Position numbers and translations under genes: made by a program. Under the pieces are notes generated by a model, which was not told the DNA's origin, searched no databases, and was given only the letters and a program-made list of their open reading frames with translations. Positions 27,155-39,566 of a stretch of 64,000 nucleotides of DNA are shown here, one piece after another. This DNA comes from Eledone cirrhosa. Its lineage: Eukaryota. The DNA is taken from assembly GCA_964016885.1 (NCBI GenBank), contig OZ024757.1:33170001-33234000 (forward strand). Reading direction: 5' to 3'. Each line of letters starts with the position of its first letter. Position 1 is the stretch's first letter.

Positions 27155-27425
27155 CTTCTTCTTCTTCGCCCAATTATTCCTGAGAGGGTTGTGAGGGCAG
27201 AGTCCTCAAACACTCCCTACAACAGGTCCTATCAGAAGCAACCAGCCAAGCTCATGGATGTTATCCAACCATCTTGCTCAGGATCTACCCCTGGGTCTCT
27301 TGCCGGTTGCTTTTGCCAGTAAAATCTGTCCAGCGATTCTTTCCTGAGACATTCTAACCACATGCCCATAGTATCGGAGCTGTGACCTCTCAATTTGGAG
27401 AAGTAGCAGCTCTACCTGGAGTGCT
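27155..27425 (-). mobile_element. LINE 3' end with an (AAG)n tail, inserted in an older non-LTR fragment (CKCGQLQTMEHLLVCP); short copies at 15404 and 58382
   Basis: The terminus cttcttcttcgccca..tcctgagagggt is shared by all three copies. A CCHC-like motif is read on the + strand at 27107-27155. Confidence 0.6.
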
Positions 27426-27591
27426 CCAATCTTGAAAATTCATTCACACTATATGATCTTGAAACCTTAAGACCCCAGCCAAGGATGCATGTGCAACAGT
27501 GGATGGGTGTGGTGTAGCAACTCAATAAGAAGATTCTTTGCAAATGAGGCTCTGTGTATGAAAAAATATGTTGAAGAAAAATAATGATATA

Positions 27592-27708
27592 TGAGGGTAG
27601 GCTGAAAAGTTCATAGACTGACTATGAAGGAGTGATGCTAGGGTTGTGGAGTTTCTTTCCAAGCAATATGTATCTTGGTCAGCTTATGAACTTTTCAGTC
27701 GACCCTCA
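27592..27708. mobile_element. Mariner-type MITE
   Basis: TA|TGAGGGTAGGCTGAAAAGTTCATA..TATGAACTTTTCAGTCGACCCTCA|TA. A partial copy lies at 28343. Confidence 0.75.
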
Positions 27709-28034
27709 TACATAAGATAAACACACCCAGTACATGGTGTAAAGTGGTTGGGGTGATAGGAAAGGCATCCAGCCATAGAAAGCTTGCCAAACAAAGAGTT
27801 AGGAGAACCTTCAGTTGTGTCAAAGACATGACAACTTCTCTTCTGCTTGTGCCATGATAAAATGCACTTGGAAGAACATGGGACTGTATGTAAGCAAGAT
27901 GCAGACCCCAGCCTGCCTAGAAGGTCAATAGCACTGCTCCAGTAGACTTGATCTAGAATACTTGTTTAACCTTTGCGAGCAGAGAAAGTGGATGTTAAAT
28001 CATGATGATAATATTGATATATACATACATACAT

Positions 28035-28340
28035 GGAGGCACATGGCTTAGTGGTTAGATCATTGGGCTTGCAATCGAAAGGTTGTGAGTTCAATTCTCA
28101 GACCGGGTGATGTGTTGTTTCCTTGAGCAAGATACTTTATTTCACATTGCTCCAGTTTACTCAGCTGTAGAAAAAGTGGTCGTGGAGGTGCCACGGTAAA
28201 AAAGCACCCAGCACTCACTGTAAATGAGGTTGGTGTTAGGAAGGGCATCCAGCTGTAGAAATCAAGCCAGAATCAGTTCCTGTCCCACCCTTGCAAGCAG
28301 GGAAAAGCGGACGTAAAAAATGATGATGAAATGATGATGA
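28035..28340 (+). mobile_element. CORE-type tRNA SINE with RTE-derived tail
   Basis: A box TGGCTTAGTGG, B box GAGTTCAATTC, CCTTGAGCAAGATACTT core and a (TGA)n end. Confidence 0.85.
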
Positions 28341-29733
28341 TACAAGGGTGGGCTGAAAAGTTCATAGGCTGACTATGAAGGAGTGATGTAAGAGCTGTGA
28401 AATCTTGCATGCAGGGCCAGATTTATATACATACATTCACTGTAAGGTGGTTGTGTAGGTTTCATTACAAAAGGCACCCAGCCCATACTGTAAAGTGGTT
28501 GTGTAGCTGCCACAACAGAAAGCACCCAACCTACACAGCATACACTGTAAATATGGTTGGCATTAGGAAGGGCATCCAACTGAAGAAATCTAGCCAGAAA
28601 CAGTTCTATATGAGCAAGACACAGTCACCTGGCCCAACTTACCTCAAATGGGATAACCCGTCTAACCCATGCTAGCATGGAAAGGGAACGTTAAACGATG
28701 ATGACGATGATGCTATATGCACACACATGCAGGATACCCCCAAATACATGCCATACATAACTGTGTTTATTACATATTTGCTGACTATCAAAGCTGATGT
28801 TGCATGGAAAAGGAAAATGAAGAACATCCTTTACATGCAGTCAGACTAGATAATATGTAAACAGAAACCTTATTCAAACGGTGCAGAGTTTCAAACAAAA
28901 AATTCCTCACTGCTTCATCATGGCTGCCACAAAACATATTAACAATAACAATTATATTAGAGCTATTATCACAGCATGCTGTATATACAATACCACATGG
29001 CTACATGTGTATGTAATATCAGCCGTTAACATCAAAGATACAGGTAAGTGTGGTGTAGGGAGGGTCTGTTTAGATAAACTATAAATATAGCACATTAACC
29101 CTTTATTTTTTTAAACAACCGATGCATTACATTGACGTAAAAATAAACGGCAGATGCACAGGTTTCTAAAAATAGACACCTATAAAATTGTGCTAGTTTG
29201 ATATGATATATAAATATGTATGCATATGTGTGTGTATATATATATATATATATATAATTTATGGTGGATTAGCAGTATCGGAGGAGAGTCGGACACCATG
29301 CTTTGAAGCATAGAGTTACATCCCTTTATGATCTGAATTCAAATCCCGCCGAGGTTAACTTTGCCTTTCATCCTTACGAGGTCGATAAAATAAAGTAGCA
29401 GTAATCTACTGGGTAATTGCTGGCCTTGTGCCAAAAATAGAAACAATTAGGTTATATATATACATACATATGTATAAGTACATTGTATATTATTTTACAG
29501 GCATAAATAAATACATATCTATCTAGCTATCTACATATATATATATGTATGTATGTCAACTCCTTATTATATATATATATATATTATCTATAAGTACATT
29601 GTATATTATATTACAAGTATAAATATATATATGAATATAGACATAGAATATTCGAAAATATTCTGTATGTTTATAATAAACATTTTGAAGACCTAATCGC
29701 TATAGAATAGAATACGTCACGTATTACAATTAG

Positions 29734-29822
29734 ATTCTCGATAAAAGCAAGGGAAGTAATCTACGCGTTTCATTCTTGTTAGAAATCATCAGGACTACAT
29801 ATCCAGTGCTTTTATCGAGAAT
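29734..29822 (-). ncRNA. Extended type I hammerhead ribozyme, copy 1
   Basis: Reverse complement of 30665-30753. Confidence 0.88.
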
Positions 29823-30043
29823 GACACAGCTAGAGACTTATAGAATACTTAGCTGTGTACAGGAACTGGTTTGAAAGAGCGGTTGCCGGTCCGGCAGAAA
29901 TTAGAAATTGGAATAAATGCTCTGAAATAGCGATATATATGTGAATATAGACATAGAATATTCGAAAATATTCTGTATGTTTATAATAAACATTTTGAAG
30001 ACCTAATCGCTATAGAATAGAATACGTCACGTATTACAATTAG

Positions 30044-30132
30044 ATTCTCGATAAAAGCAAGGGAAGTAATCTACGCGTTTCATTCTTGTTAGAAATCATC
30101 AGGACTACATATCCAGTGCTTTTATCGAGAAT
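30044..30132 (-). ncRNA. Extended type I hammerhead ribozyme, copy 2
   Basis: Reverse complement of 30665-30753. Confidence 0.88.
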
Positions 30133-30353
30133 GACACAGCTAGAGACTTATAGAATACTTAGCTGTGTACAGGAACTGGTTTGAAAGAGCGGTTGCCGGT
30201 CCGGCAGAAATTAGAAATTGGAATAAATGCTCTGAAATAGCGATATATATGTGAATATAGACATAGAATATTCGAAAATATTCTGTATGTTTATAATAAA
30301 CATTTTGAAGACCTAATCGCTATAGAATAGAATACGTCACGTATTACAATTAG

Positions 30354-30442
30354 ATTCTCGATAAAAGCAAGGGAAGTAATCTACGCGTTTCATTCTTGTT
30401 AGAAATCATCAGGACTACATATCCAGTGCTTTTATCGAGAAT
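30354..30442 (-). ncRNA. Extended type I hammerhead ribozyme, copy 3
   Basis: Reverse complement of 30665-30753. Confidence 0.88.
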
Positions 30443-30664
30443 GACACAGCTAGAGACTTATAGAATACTTAGCTGTGTACAGGAACTGGTTTGAAAGAGC
30501 GGTTGCCGGTCCGGCAGAAATTAGAAATTGGAATAAATGCTCTGAAATAGCGATATATATGTGAATATAGACATAGAATATTCTAATTTCTGCCGGACCG
30601 GCAACCGCTCTTTCAAACCAGTTCCTGTACACAGCTAAGTATTCTATAAGTCTCTAGCTGTGTC

Positions 30665-30753
30665 ATTCTCGATAAAAGCACTGGATATGTAGTCCTGATG
30701 ATTTCTAACAAGAATGAAACGCGTAGATTACTTCCCTTGCTTTTATCGAGAAT
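30665..30753 (+). ncRNA. Extended type I hammerhead ribozyme, copy 4; predicted cleavage after GUA at 30725
   Basis: ATTCTCGATAAAAGCA-ctggatat-GTAGTC-CTGATGA-T-TTCT(AACA)AGAA-T-GAA-ACGCGT-A-GATTAC-ttccct-TGCTTTTATCGAGAAT. Confidence 0.9.
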
Positions 30754-30974
30754 CTAATTGTAATACGTGACGTATTCTATTCTATAGCGATTAGGTCTTC
30801 AAAATGTTTATTATAAACATACAGAATATTTTCGAATATTCTATGTCTATATTCACATATATATCGCTATTTCAGAGCATTTATTCCAATTTCTAATTTC
30901 TGCCGGACCGGCAACCGCTCTTTCAAACCAGTTCCTGTACACAGCTAAGTATTCTATAAGTCTCTAGCTGTGTC

Positions 30975-31063
30975 ATTCTCGATAAAAGCACTGGATATGT
31001 AGTCCTGATGATTTCTAACAAGAATGAAACGCGTAGATTACTTCCCTTGCTTTTATCGAGAAT
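30975..31063 (+). ncRNA. Extended type I hammerhead ribozyme, copy 5; predicted cleavage after 31035
   Basis: Identical to 30665-30753, offset by 310 bp. Confidence 0.9.
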
Positions 31064-33779
31064 CTAATTGTAATACGTGACGTATTCTATTCTATAGCGA
31101 TTAGGTCTTCAAAATGTTTATTATAAACATACAGAATATTTTCGAATATTCTATGTCTATATTCACATATATATCGCTATTTCAGAGCATTTATTCCAAT
31201 TTCAAATATATATATATTATTTATGGTATGGTATGGTTCCATAACTCCCGAAGGAATCATATAGGTGTTGTACTGACATACTCATACGTCATTTCTTGGA
31301 CATCCCTCTCCAGGCCTGAGTACAGCAGATTTCTTCCAGAGAAGGATAGAAAGGTGATAGGAAGGAAGTGAGAAAGAGATATAGAGGAAGAATCTCTCCC
31401 ACTGGTACTTTATTCTATCGACCTTGAAAGGATGAAAGGCAAAGTTGACCTTGGCAGGATTTGAACTCTGAGAGCAGAGAACGGGAATGAATACCACAAA
31501 GCATTTTATCCGACATTCCAACGACTCTGCCAATTCGCCGCCTATGTTATTTAACTTTACTTTTCATCCTTACAGGGTTGATAAAATAAAGTACCAGTAA
31601 TATACTGGTTAATTGCTGACCTTGTGCCAAAAGTAGAAACAATTATTATTTTATATAAATAATAAAAATCTGTATATTGTGACCATCTTGCCTGTTTGTA
31701 TACTTTTAGTGGTTTCAGTCATTGAACTGAGAGAGAGAGAGAGAGAGAAAGACTTGAGGGACAGCTAGGGGGGGGGGGGGGGGTTATAAAAGCAAGTTAT
31801 CTTATCCAGACAGATGGCAGCATGAGTGAAGTTTGTTAAGTTTGATAACTTTGTTTTCAGTTAATTCAGTTGTTCTCAAACCGTTTTCGCTTTTTTTCAC
31901 TCACAACTAAAAATATTTTGACGCCATTTTTACTTAAATTGGAAAATTTATTCAAAAGAGGTATTTATCCATATTAACATAGCATAAAATAAAAATACAT
32001 GTGGTGAATTGGCAGAGTCATTAGAACATCGGATAGAATGCTTTGTGGTATTCATTCCAGCTCTTTGCTCTCTAAGTTGAAATCCCGCAGAGATCAATTT
32101 TGTCTTTCAATAAAATATAGTACCAGTTAAATACTGGAGTTGATTTAATCAACTTCATCCTTCCCACAAAATTTTTTCTGGCCTTGTGCCTAAATTAGAA
32201 ATCAATCTTTCACCATAGTACAATAAAATAAATATGTATAAAAAGATTTGATAGACTCTTAGTCCCTGCAGATAAAAAAAAAATACCAGTATCTCTTTCT
32301 TACTTCCTCTCACTCTTCTCTGGAAGAAATGGATGTGTTCAGACATGGCGAGGAACTCTAAAAGGAGTTTTGGGTCTATGCATCATGATCATCATTATTG
32401 TCATTTTAATGTCTACTTTCCCTGCTAGCAAGGGTTGGACAGGTCTACATAGGCCAAATGGGTACAGAAGCGGGGCTGCTGACCTCCCAGATAGACTAAG
32501 GATTAGTTATCTTGCTTGTGTACAGTCTCACCTTCTACCAAGTGGCACCAGCACAAGAGAGATTGTCATAACTTTGACACAACTGAAGAGTCCTGCCAAA
32601 CCTTTGTTTGACAAGATTTCTACAACTAGATGCCTTTCCTATCACAAATACATATAAAATAGAAACATAAATAATTTTTTAAATGGAAGAGTTTGCCAAA
32701 CAAAGGGCTGGGAGGACCTCTCAGTCATGTTAAGGACATAACAATATCCATAATGTTGGTGATCTACACAATAAGTACAACCAGTACACTCTGTGAAGTG
32801 GTTGGTGATAGGAAGAGCATCCAGCCATAGAGATCTTGCCAAACAAAGAGTTGGGAGGACCCTCAGTTGTGTCAAAGACATGACAACTTCTCCTGTGCAC
32901 TTAATGGAACGCGAGATCATACATAAGTGAAACAAAGACCTCTTGACTTGTCTGGGAAATCATTAGTTCCACTTCAGTACCGACTTGGTCTATGTAGACC
33001 TGTCCAACTCTTGTTAACAAGGGAAAGTAAACGTTAAAATGACAATGATGATAGAAAAATGATTTGTACTTCCTACTTTAGTTAATAAATAGGGCAAAGT
33101 TATCAATGAGAAACGTGAGATTGGTGCTTTTTGGCAAAGTTTTCATTCTTAGTTTAATGGTTTTCAACTTTGACAGTTATGTATGAACTTTATTACGAAT
33201 TTCAATTTGTAATTTTTGTACAGTTTGAAGTAGAATCTTGCTCTTTTGCTAGGCATCTAATTACATCTCGCAATGCACCGCTGCACTGAGACACAGTTTT
33301 GGAACCACTGTGTTATAAGAACAGAAGGTGGGTGGATGGGGAAGTGGTGGTGGGAGAGGATATGACTATGGTAGGAGAGAAATTGGTTTATAAGAGCCCC
33401 TTTATTTGGCAACTATGCACATACATGTTATATACAAACATACATTATTTAGACACGTATATATATATATATATATATACTCACACACATACATTATATC
33501 TATATATACATACATACATACACACATACATTATATCTATATATGTATATATACATACACTATTTATATACATGTATATACATACACACATATATATATG
33601 AATATATATGTATATATACACTATTTATATATATATAAACACACACATTATATATAAATATATGAGAAAGAGAGAGAGAGAGAAAGATAGATACCAGCTT
33701 TCTTTGTAGAGGAATGCACATACACATATACACATAAATTCACACACACATACATATATACACAAACACCCACACATAC

Positions 33780-33890
33780 AAGGTTGCCAGGAATGCTCCA
33801 GACCGTTTCTCGTGGCAACATTAACCTCACCAAAATTCTTGAATGCCATAAGAATCTGGAGGTGAATTCTCATTTCACTGTGTGCTTTTT
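33780..33890 (-). CDS. Candidate 111-nt coding exon (phase 1 to phase 1), product unknown
   Basis: atttctttag|..|gtatgt. Only one frame is open, (E)KAHSEMRIHLQILMAFKNFGEVNVATRNGLEHSWQP, and it is phase-compatible with the exon at 37445-37602. Confidence 0.4.
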
Positions 33891-34089
33891 CTAAAGAAAT
33901 ATATAACCACATATAAAAATATATTTATACAGTATATATATATATATGTATGTGTGTGTATATATATATGTATGTGTATATATATACACACAAAGTGTCC
34001 CCAAAAAATGTATACATACTTTGATTACCTGTACAGGCAATGTTTATTAGAATGCTGTTGAAGTGTGTATACTTTTCGGGGACACCCTG

Positions 34090-34182
<93 letters not shown>

Positions 34183-35399
34183 ATTTCAAGTAAAAAGCAT
34201 TGGTTGATAAAACAACTGACTGATTGTGGTGTAATCAGACGTAAGCACTCTACAACATAGGAACATTAAAGTATTATCTATATGGTATCAGACAAAGAGT
34301 CAGTGTTATAAAAAAAAAGAAGACAGATGGTATCACATATACATCCCCTGTTTATTATATCATGTAATAAACAGGGGATATGTATATGTGATACTGTCTC
34401 AGAGAGCAGATCACCAAGGTGAGTACTGAAAAGCATTCTATCTGACTTTTTAACAACTGCCAATTCACTGCCTATGTATACCAAATACCCAGGTATAATT
34501 ATATAACCCCCACAAACAATCTCAAGCACAAAATAAAGATGAAACTCTGTTCCACTGATTCTCTCTCTCTCTTCTCTTTCTCTTCACACACTCTCTCTCT
34601 CTTCTCTTTCTCTTCACACACTCTCTCTCTCTCTTCTCTTTCTCTTCACACACTCTCTCTCTCTCTTCTCTTTCTCTTCACACACTCTCTCTCTCTCTTC
34701 TCTTTCTCTTCACACACTCTATCTCTCTCTTCTCTTTCTCTTCACACACTCTCTCTCTCTCTTCTCTTTCTCTTCACACACTCTCTCTCTCTCACTCTCC
34801 CACCCTCCCTCATGCTCTCTCTTTCTCTCTCCCACACATTCTCTCTTTCTCCACTCTTTCTCTCTCTTCACACTCATTATATATCACAGATTCCTCAGCA
34901 AAGCTAAACCTACTCAGGAATAACTAAAACATTATAAAAAAAACCTATCTATAACATCCCATACATTTTCAGAAGGTTTCTTTTTTTATAAAGGAGAAAC
35001 TGGCAGAGCCCTTAAAGGTCAGAATAGTGAAACATTGAAAGACAGACTTTAATAAAAGGAGAAACTGGAAGGTCCTTTATGTCTAACATCCAGTACCACA
35101 TGAAACCTCATTAGCAAGATATTCTTGAAAAGTATAAAACAGTACTAGCTCGTCTGAGGAAGGAGCGATATGGGGTAGGGTGGGTGTTGCTGGCCATTGT
35201 CTACGGAAATGCTTTTGCCATGTTGTCCATGGGGCACACCCAAAACACCACTTAGACATAGGTATAGAATTTGTCACCCTTTCCCCTTCCCTCTTTCTTT
35301 CTTTTGTTGCCTAATACACTTTTTCCTTTCCCTCTCATTTATAGCATTTATAGTCCTTTCCAATACTACATTATTTATCTATATGTTTGACTAAATATT

Positions 35400-36220
35400 A
35401 AATTCTTTATTATTTTTTATGTAATCTTATCCTAGAAATATATTTGAGTATTATGGCTGCATCACATTAAAAATCAAAGTCTTCACTTTAGTTTATTGCA
35501 AATTTTCAAAACAATCTGCAAACTAGTAAAGCTACTTTAAACATCTGAATTAAGAAACCACATTAGCAAGACATTCTTGAAAATGATAAAACAGTACTGC
35601 ATCACATTAAAATGTATAGCTTTTACTCTAATAATGGTTTCTTATATAGACACAAGGCCCTCACTTTTGGAGGAAGGGAAAGTCGATTAAATCGACCCCA
35701 GTGCGTGACTGGTACTTTATTTTATCGACCTTGTAAGGATGAAAGGCAAAGTTAACCTTGGCGGGATTTGAACTCAGATCATAAAGGGCCATAACTCTAT
35801 GCTGCAAAGCATGGCGTCCGACCCTCTACCAATACTGCCAATCCATCGCCCTCAGCTTTTACTTTAATAATGTAAATGTACACAATGATCTGTCCACTAG
35901 TAAAGATACTATAGGCTTTCAAATTAACAAAGCACATTAGCAAGACATTCTTGAAAAATACAAAATAGCACTATGACTGCATCACATTAAAAATTAAAAT
36001 CTTTACTTTAATACTGTAAATTTTCACAACATTCTGTCCTCTTATAATGATACTATAAGCATTCGAATTAACAAACTACATGAAATTGTATCACCAAGAT
36101 ATTCTTGAAAAGTTCTATCACATTAAAAATTAAAATTTGTTCTCAAATACTGTAAATTTTCACAACAATCTCTCCATTAGCAAAGATACTATAAACATTA
36201 GAATTAACAAACTCCTTTTT
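35400..36220. repeat. Degenerate AT-rich tandem repeat interrupted by a SINE (35630-35850)
   Basis: Recurrent cacattagcaagacattcttgaaaa and catcacattaaaa. Confidence 0.65.
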
Positions 36221-36492
36221 AGATATTTTCTGCCTAATCATTACAGGATATCAAGAGTTTTAAAGGAGTAACTGGCAGTCCCTCACATGATAAAACAGGG
36301 AAACATTGAAAAACATTTGTGAGGGGAGAAATAGGGAGCTTCCTTATCCCTAAAGGAGAGAACTAAGGAACACTGAATAATCTAAATCAGAGCAGAAAAA
36401 GTGAGGTATGGCTGAATATGTCACATTAAAAATCACCCAGTACACTCTATAAAATGGTAATGATGGTGCCACATTAAAATGCACCTAGTAAA

Positions 36493-36752
36493 GTGATGAT
36501 GATGATGATGATGGTGATGGTGATGGTGATAGTGATGATGATGATAGTGATGATGATGATAGTGATGATGATGATGATGATAGTGATGATGATGATGGTG
36601 ATGATGGTGATGATGATGAAGATAATGGTAATGATGATGATGATGGTGATAGTAATGATGACGATGATGATGATAGTGAAGATGAAGATGATGGTAATGA
36701 TGATGATGATGATGAAGATGATGGTTAATGATGATGGTGATGATGATGATAG

Positions 36753-36801
<49 letters not shown>

Positions 36802-36805
36802 GATA
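36493..36805. repeat. (GAT)n microsatellite
   Basis: Direct inspection. Confidence 0.95.
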
Positions 36806-37444
36806 TGTGGTATTAGAAGTGAAATCATATGTAGCTGGAAGGAAATTTCTATAAATGATGGAGAACAAATGTGGAAATTTAAGAAAAATCAAATAAGCCG
36901 AAAACGGATTGTATGAGCAAGACGTGGTCACCTGACCTGTCTAGCCTAGATAGGTGACATCATGTCTAACCCATGCCTGCATGGAAAATAGACATTAAAC
37001 AGTGAGGATATACATACCAACCCCACCCCCAGTTACACACATACCGCCACTACCATGATCACCAAGAGATACACACACCATCACCACCGCCACCATTAGA
37101 TACGCACATGCCACCACCATGACACACACCACCACAACCGCCAAGTACACCCACACCACCACCATCAGCATAATCAACACCCCCACTACCACCAGGCACA
37201 CCCCCACCACCACCACCAGATATATACACACACACACCACCATCACAACCAGATACACACACCACCACCACCACCACCCACAGATGCACACACCCACCAT
37301 CACAACCAGATACAACCACACCACCATCATCATCACCACCATCACCACCACCACCACCACCAGCAGCAGCAGCAGCAGCACTGCCACCATTTGTCTATAA
37401 ATGCAAAGTAATATAAAATAAAAAAATTAAAACAGATAACTTAC

Positions 37445-37602
37445 CCGATTTAACAAATATCTTGTGGAAGCAAAGCTTGCCACCGCCAACAACAGCTAAC
37501 ATCCATTGTAACAGAGATGAAGATGAAGAAGAAGGGTTTGTGAAAGATTTAAGCCTAGTTTATTCCGATTTCCTATAAACACTCTCCAAGATGGATCCAA
37601 AT
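37445..37602 (-). other. Candidate exon (158 nt), possibly 5' UTR plus the start MLAVVGGGKLCFHKIFVKS
   Basis: Strong acceptor tttttttcttttttag| and consensus donor GG|gtaagt. All three frames contain a stop, so it is not an internal coding exon. Confidence 0.55.
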
Positions 37603-38669
37603 CTAAAAAAGAAAAAAAAAATGATAATATATATATATATGCAAAAGGCAAACAGAAATAAGAAAACAAATGACACACTACAATGAAGAAATATGCTATT
37701 AGTTTTACGCTTGATATAGTAGGAAAAGAGTCTTGATGTTTCATACTTGATGAGAGTCTTGATGTTTCAGACTTGATGTTTCAGAAATTAAAGAAGAAAT
37801 AGAAAAATGGAGGAGACAGTCAGGGAAGAAATGGAAAACATCTTTATAGAGAAAAAAATATACTGTTGAGTGAATAATAGTCAGGAAATCTCAGTGGAAG
37901 GAAGCTGCAGTAGAGAGCAACCAAGAAAGACTTGAACAGAGGTAGTGACAGCTGATCTCAAATCATAGAGGAGATGACAAAGGACTGCAAAGAGTGGTGG
38001 GATGCTGACTGGAAATGACCCATCCAACCCATGCAAGCATGGTAAAGTGGATATAAAATAATGATGATGACAAATACCATGACAAAAGTGCCCAGTCCAC
38101 ACTGTAGAGTGGTTGCGTAGGTGTCACGATAAAAAGCACCCAGTCCAAACTGTAAAATGGTTGAGTAGGTATCATAACAAAAAGCACCCAGTCCACACTG
38201 AAAAGTGGTCATGTTGGCAACACAAGAAAAAGCACCCAGCACACACTGTAAATGTGGTTGGCATTTGGAAGTGCATCCAGCCATGGAAACCAAGCCAAAA
38301 TCAGTTCTGTATGAGCGAAACATGGTCCTCTGACCTGATCTCTCACAAAGGGACAGCCCGTCCTACCCTTGCTAGTGTGGAAAATGGACCTTAAACGATG
38401 ATGCTGATGATGGGTGCAGGCGTGGTTGTGTGGTTAAGGAGTTTACTTTGTAGCCATATGGTTCTAGGTTCAGTTCCCATTGTGTGACATCTTAGGCAAA
38501 TGTCTTCTACTAAAGCCTTATGATGACAAATGCCTTATGAGTGGAATTTGGTAGATGGAAACTGCAGAAACTCGTCGAATATATATATATATAACTGGTG
38601 TTGGATGCTTAAAGCGTCCGTATGTGGTAGGCCATATGAGCACTCGATGCTCTCATAGAGCAGAGTATG

Positions 38670-38980
38670 ATATCACAGAAAAAAAGAGAATCAGTGTTGT
38701 GACGAATGGAATTTATTGGACATATTACAATCGTTTCTCTGGCGACCAGCTTGAGGCACGATCGATGTGATGATCGAACCTGACTCTGAAAATCGCAAGG
38801 TCCTCAGGTATGTCTTGTCTGCTTCGTAGAATCAAGACGTATCTGAGGACCTTGCGATTTTCAGAGTCAGGTTCGATCATCACATCGGTCATGCCTCGAA
38901 CTGGTCGCCAGAGAAACGATTGTAATATGTCCAATAAATTCCATTCGTCACAACACTGATTCTCTTTTTTTCTGTGATAT
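38670..38980. repeat. Near-perfect hairpin, ~148-bp arms and ~15-nt loop
   Basis: atatcacagaaaaaaagagaatcagtgttgtgacg..tcttg pairs with caaga..cgtcacaacactgattctcttttttctgtgatat, with a few transition mismatches. Confidence 0.92.
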
Positions 38981-39525
38981 ATATATATATATATAATGTG
39001 GGTAATAATAAATATTATCCAATTACAAGTGTGAAAATAGTTCAATGTAAAATGCCAAGTGTACTACAAAGCCAAAATACAATATGATTCTGGCCTTGTG
39101 CTAGGATGAAACAATTGTAAGTGATTAAATGTTTTAAACACTCTTTGATTATCATTTATTCTATATATACATATTTATATAGTTTCAAAAAAATCCACAT
39201 CACTAAGTCATTAGAATATGAATTCAAAATAAGGGATGCACAGGATAAAGACAATAGAAAAAAACAACAGAAATATGAACAGTCTCATCTCAGTAAACCT
39301 CTGGAAATCACGATGGTTTTTGTCCTGTGTGCCTCCTATTTTTAGCGAGCCAAACTTTGTGGTTGAAAAACAAAGAAAGAACAATTCAAAACGATGTTTA
39401 TGAAAACATAAGAGAAAGCAAGCTCATTAAACACCAACTTTATGTACATGTTATAAAGTCCCCTCATTTTTTATATATATACAAGCTGCAGTTTTTTTTT
39501 TTAATTATCTTTTTCCTTGTGTATG

Positions 39526-39566
<41 letters not shown>

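Larger units (their letters stand above)
29632..31203. mobile_element. Hammerhead-bearing 310-bp tandem array (3 units plus 2 inverted units); retrozyme / Penelope pseudo-LTR-like
   Basis: Units start at 29632, 29942, 30252 and (a short partial) 30562. The inversion begins at 30581 at a TTC microhomology, and inverted units start at 30581 and 30891. The copies look identical. Confidence 0.9.

Noticed and set aside
28880-29050. Plus-strand donor CAG|gtaagt (similar isolated donors at 34419 and 63614)
   Set aside because: There is no convincing matching acceptor or recognisable frame.
29632-31203. CRISPR-like or rDNA/5S-like interpretation of the array
   Set aside because: The units are identical throughout with no unique spacers, the context is eukaryotic, and I see no resemblance to 5S or snRNA genes.
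31867-33310. Possible hAT element bounded by CAGTTGTTCTCAAAC / GTTTTGGAACCACTG
   Set aside because: The TIRs are imperfect and the 8-bp flanks do not match as a TSD, so it is too weak to call.
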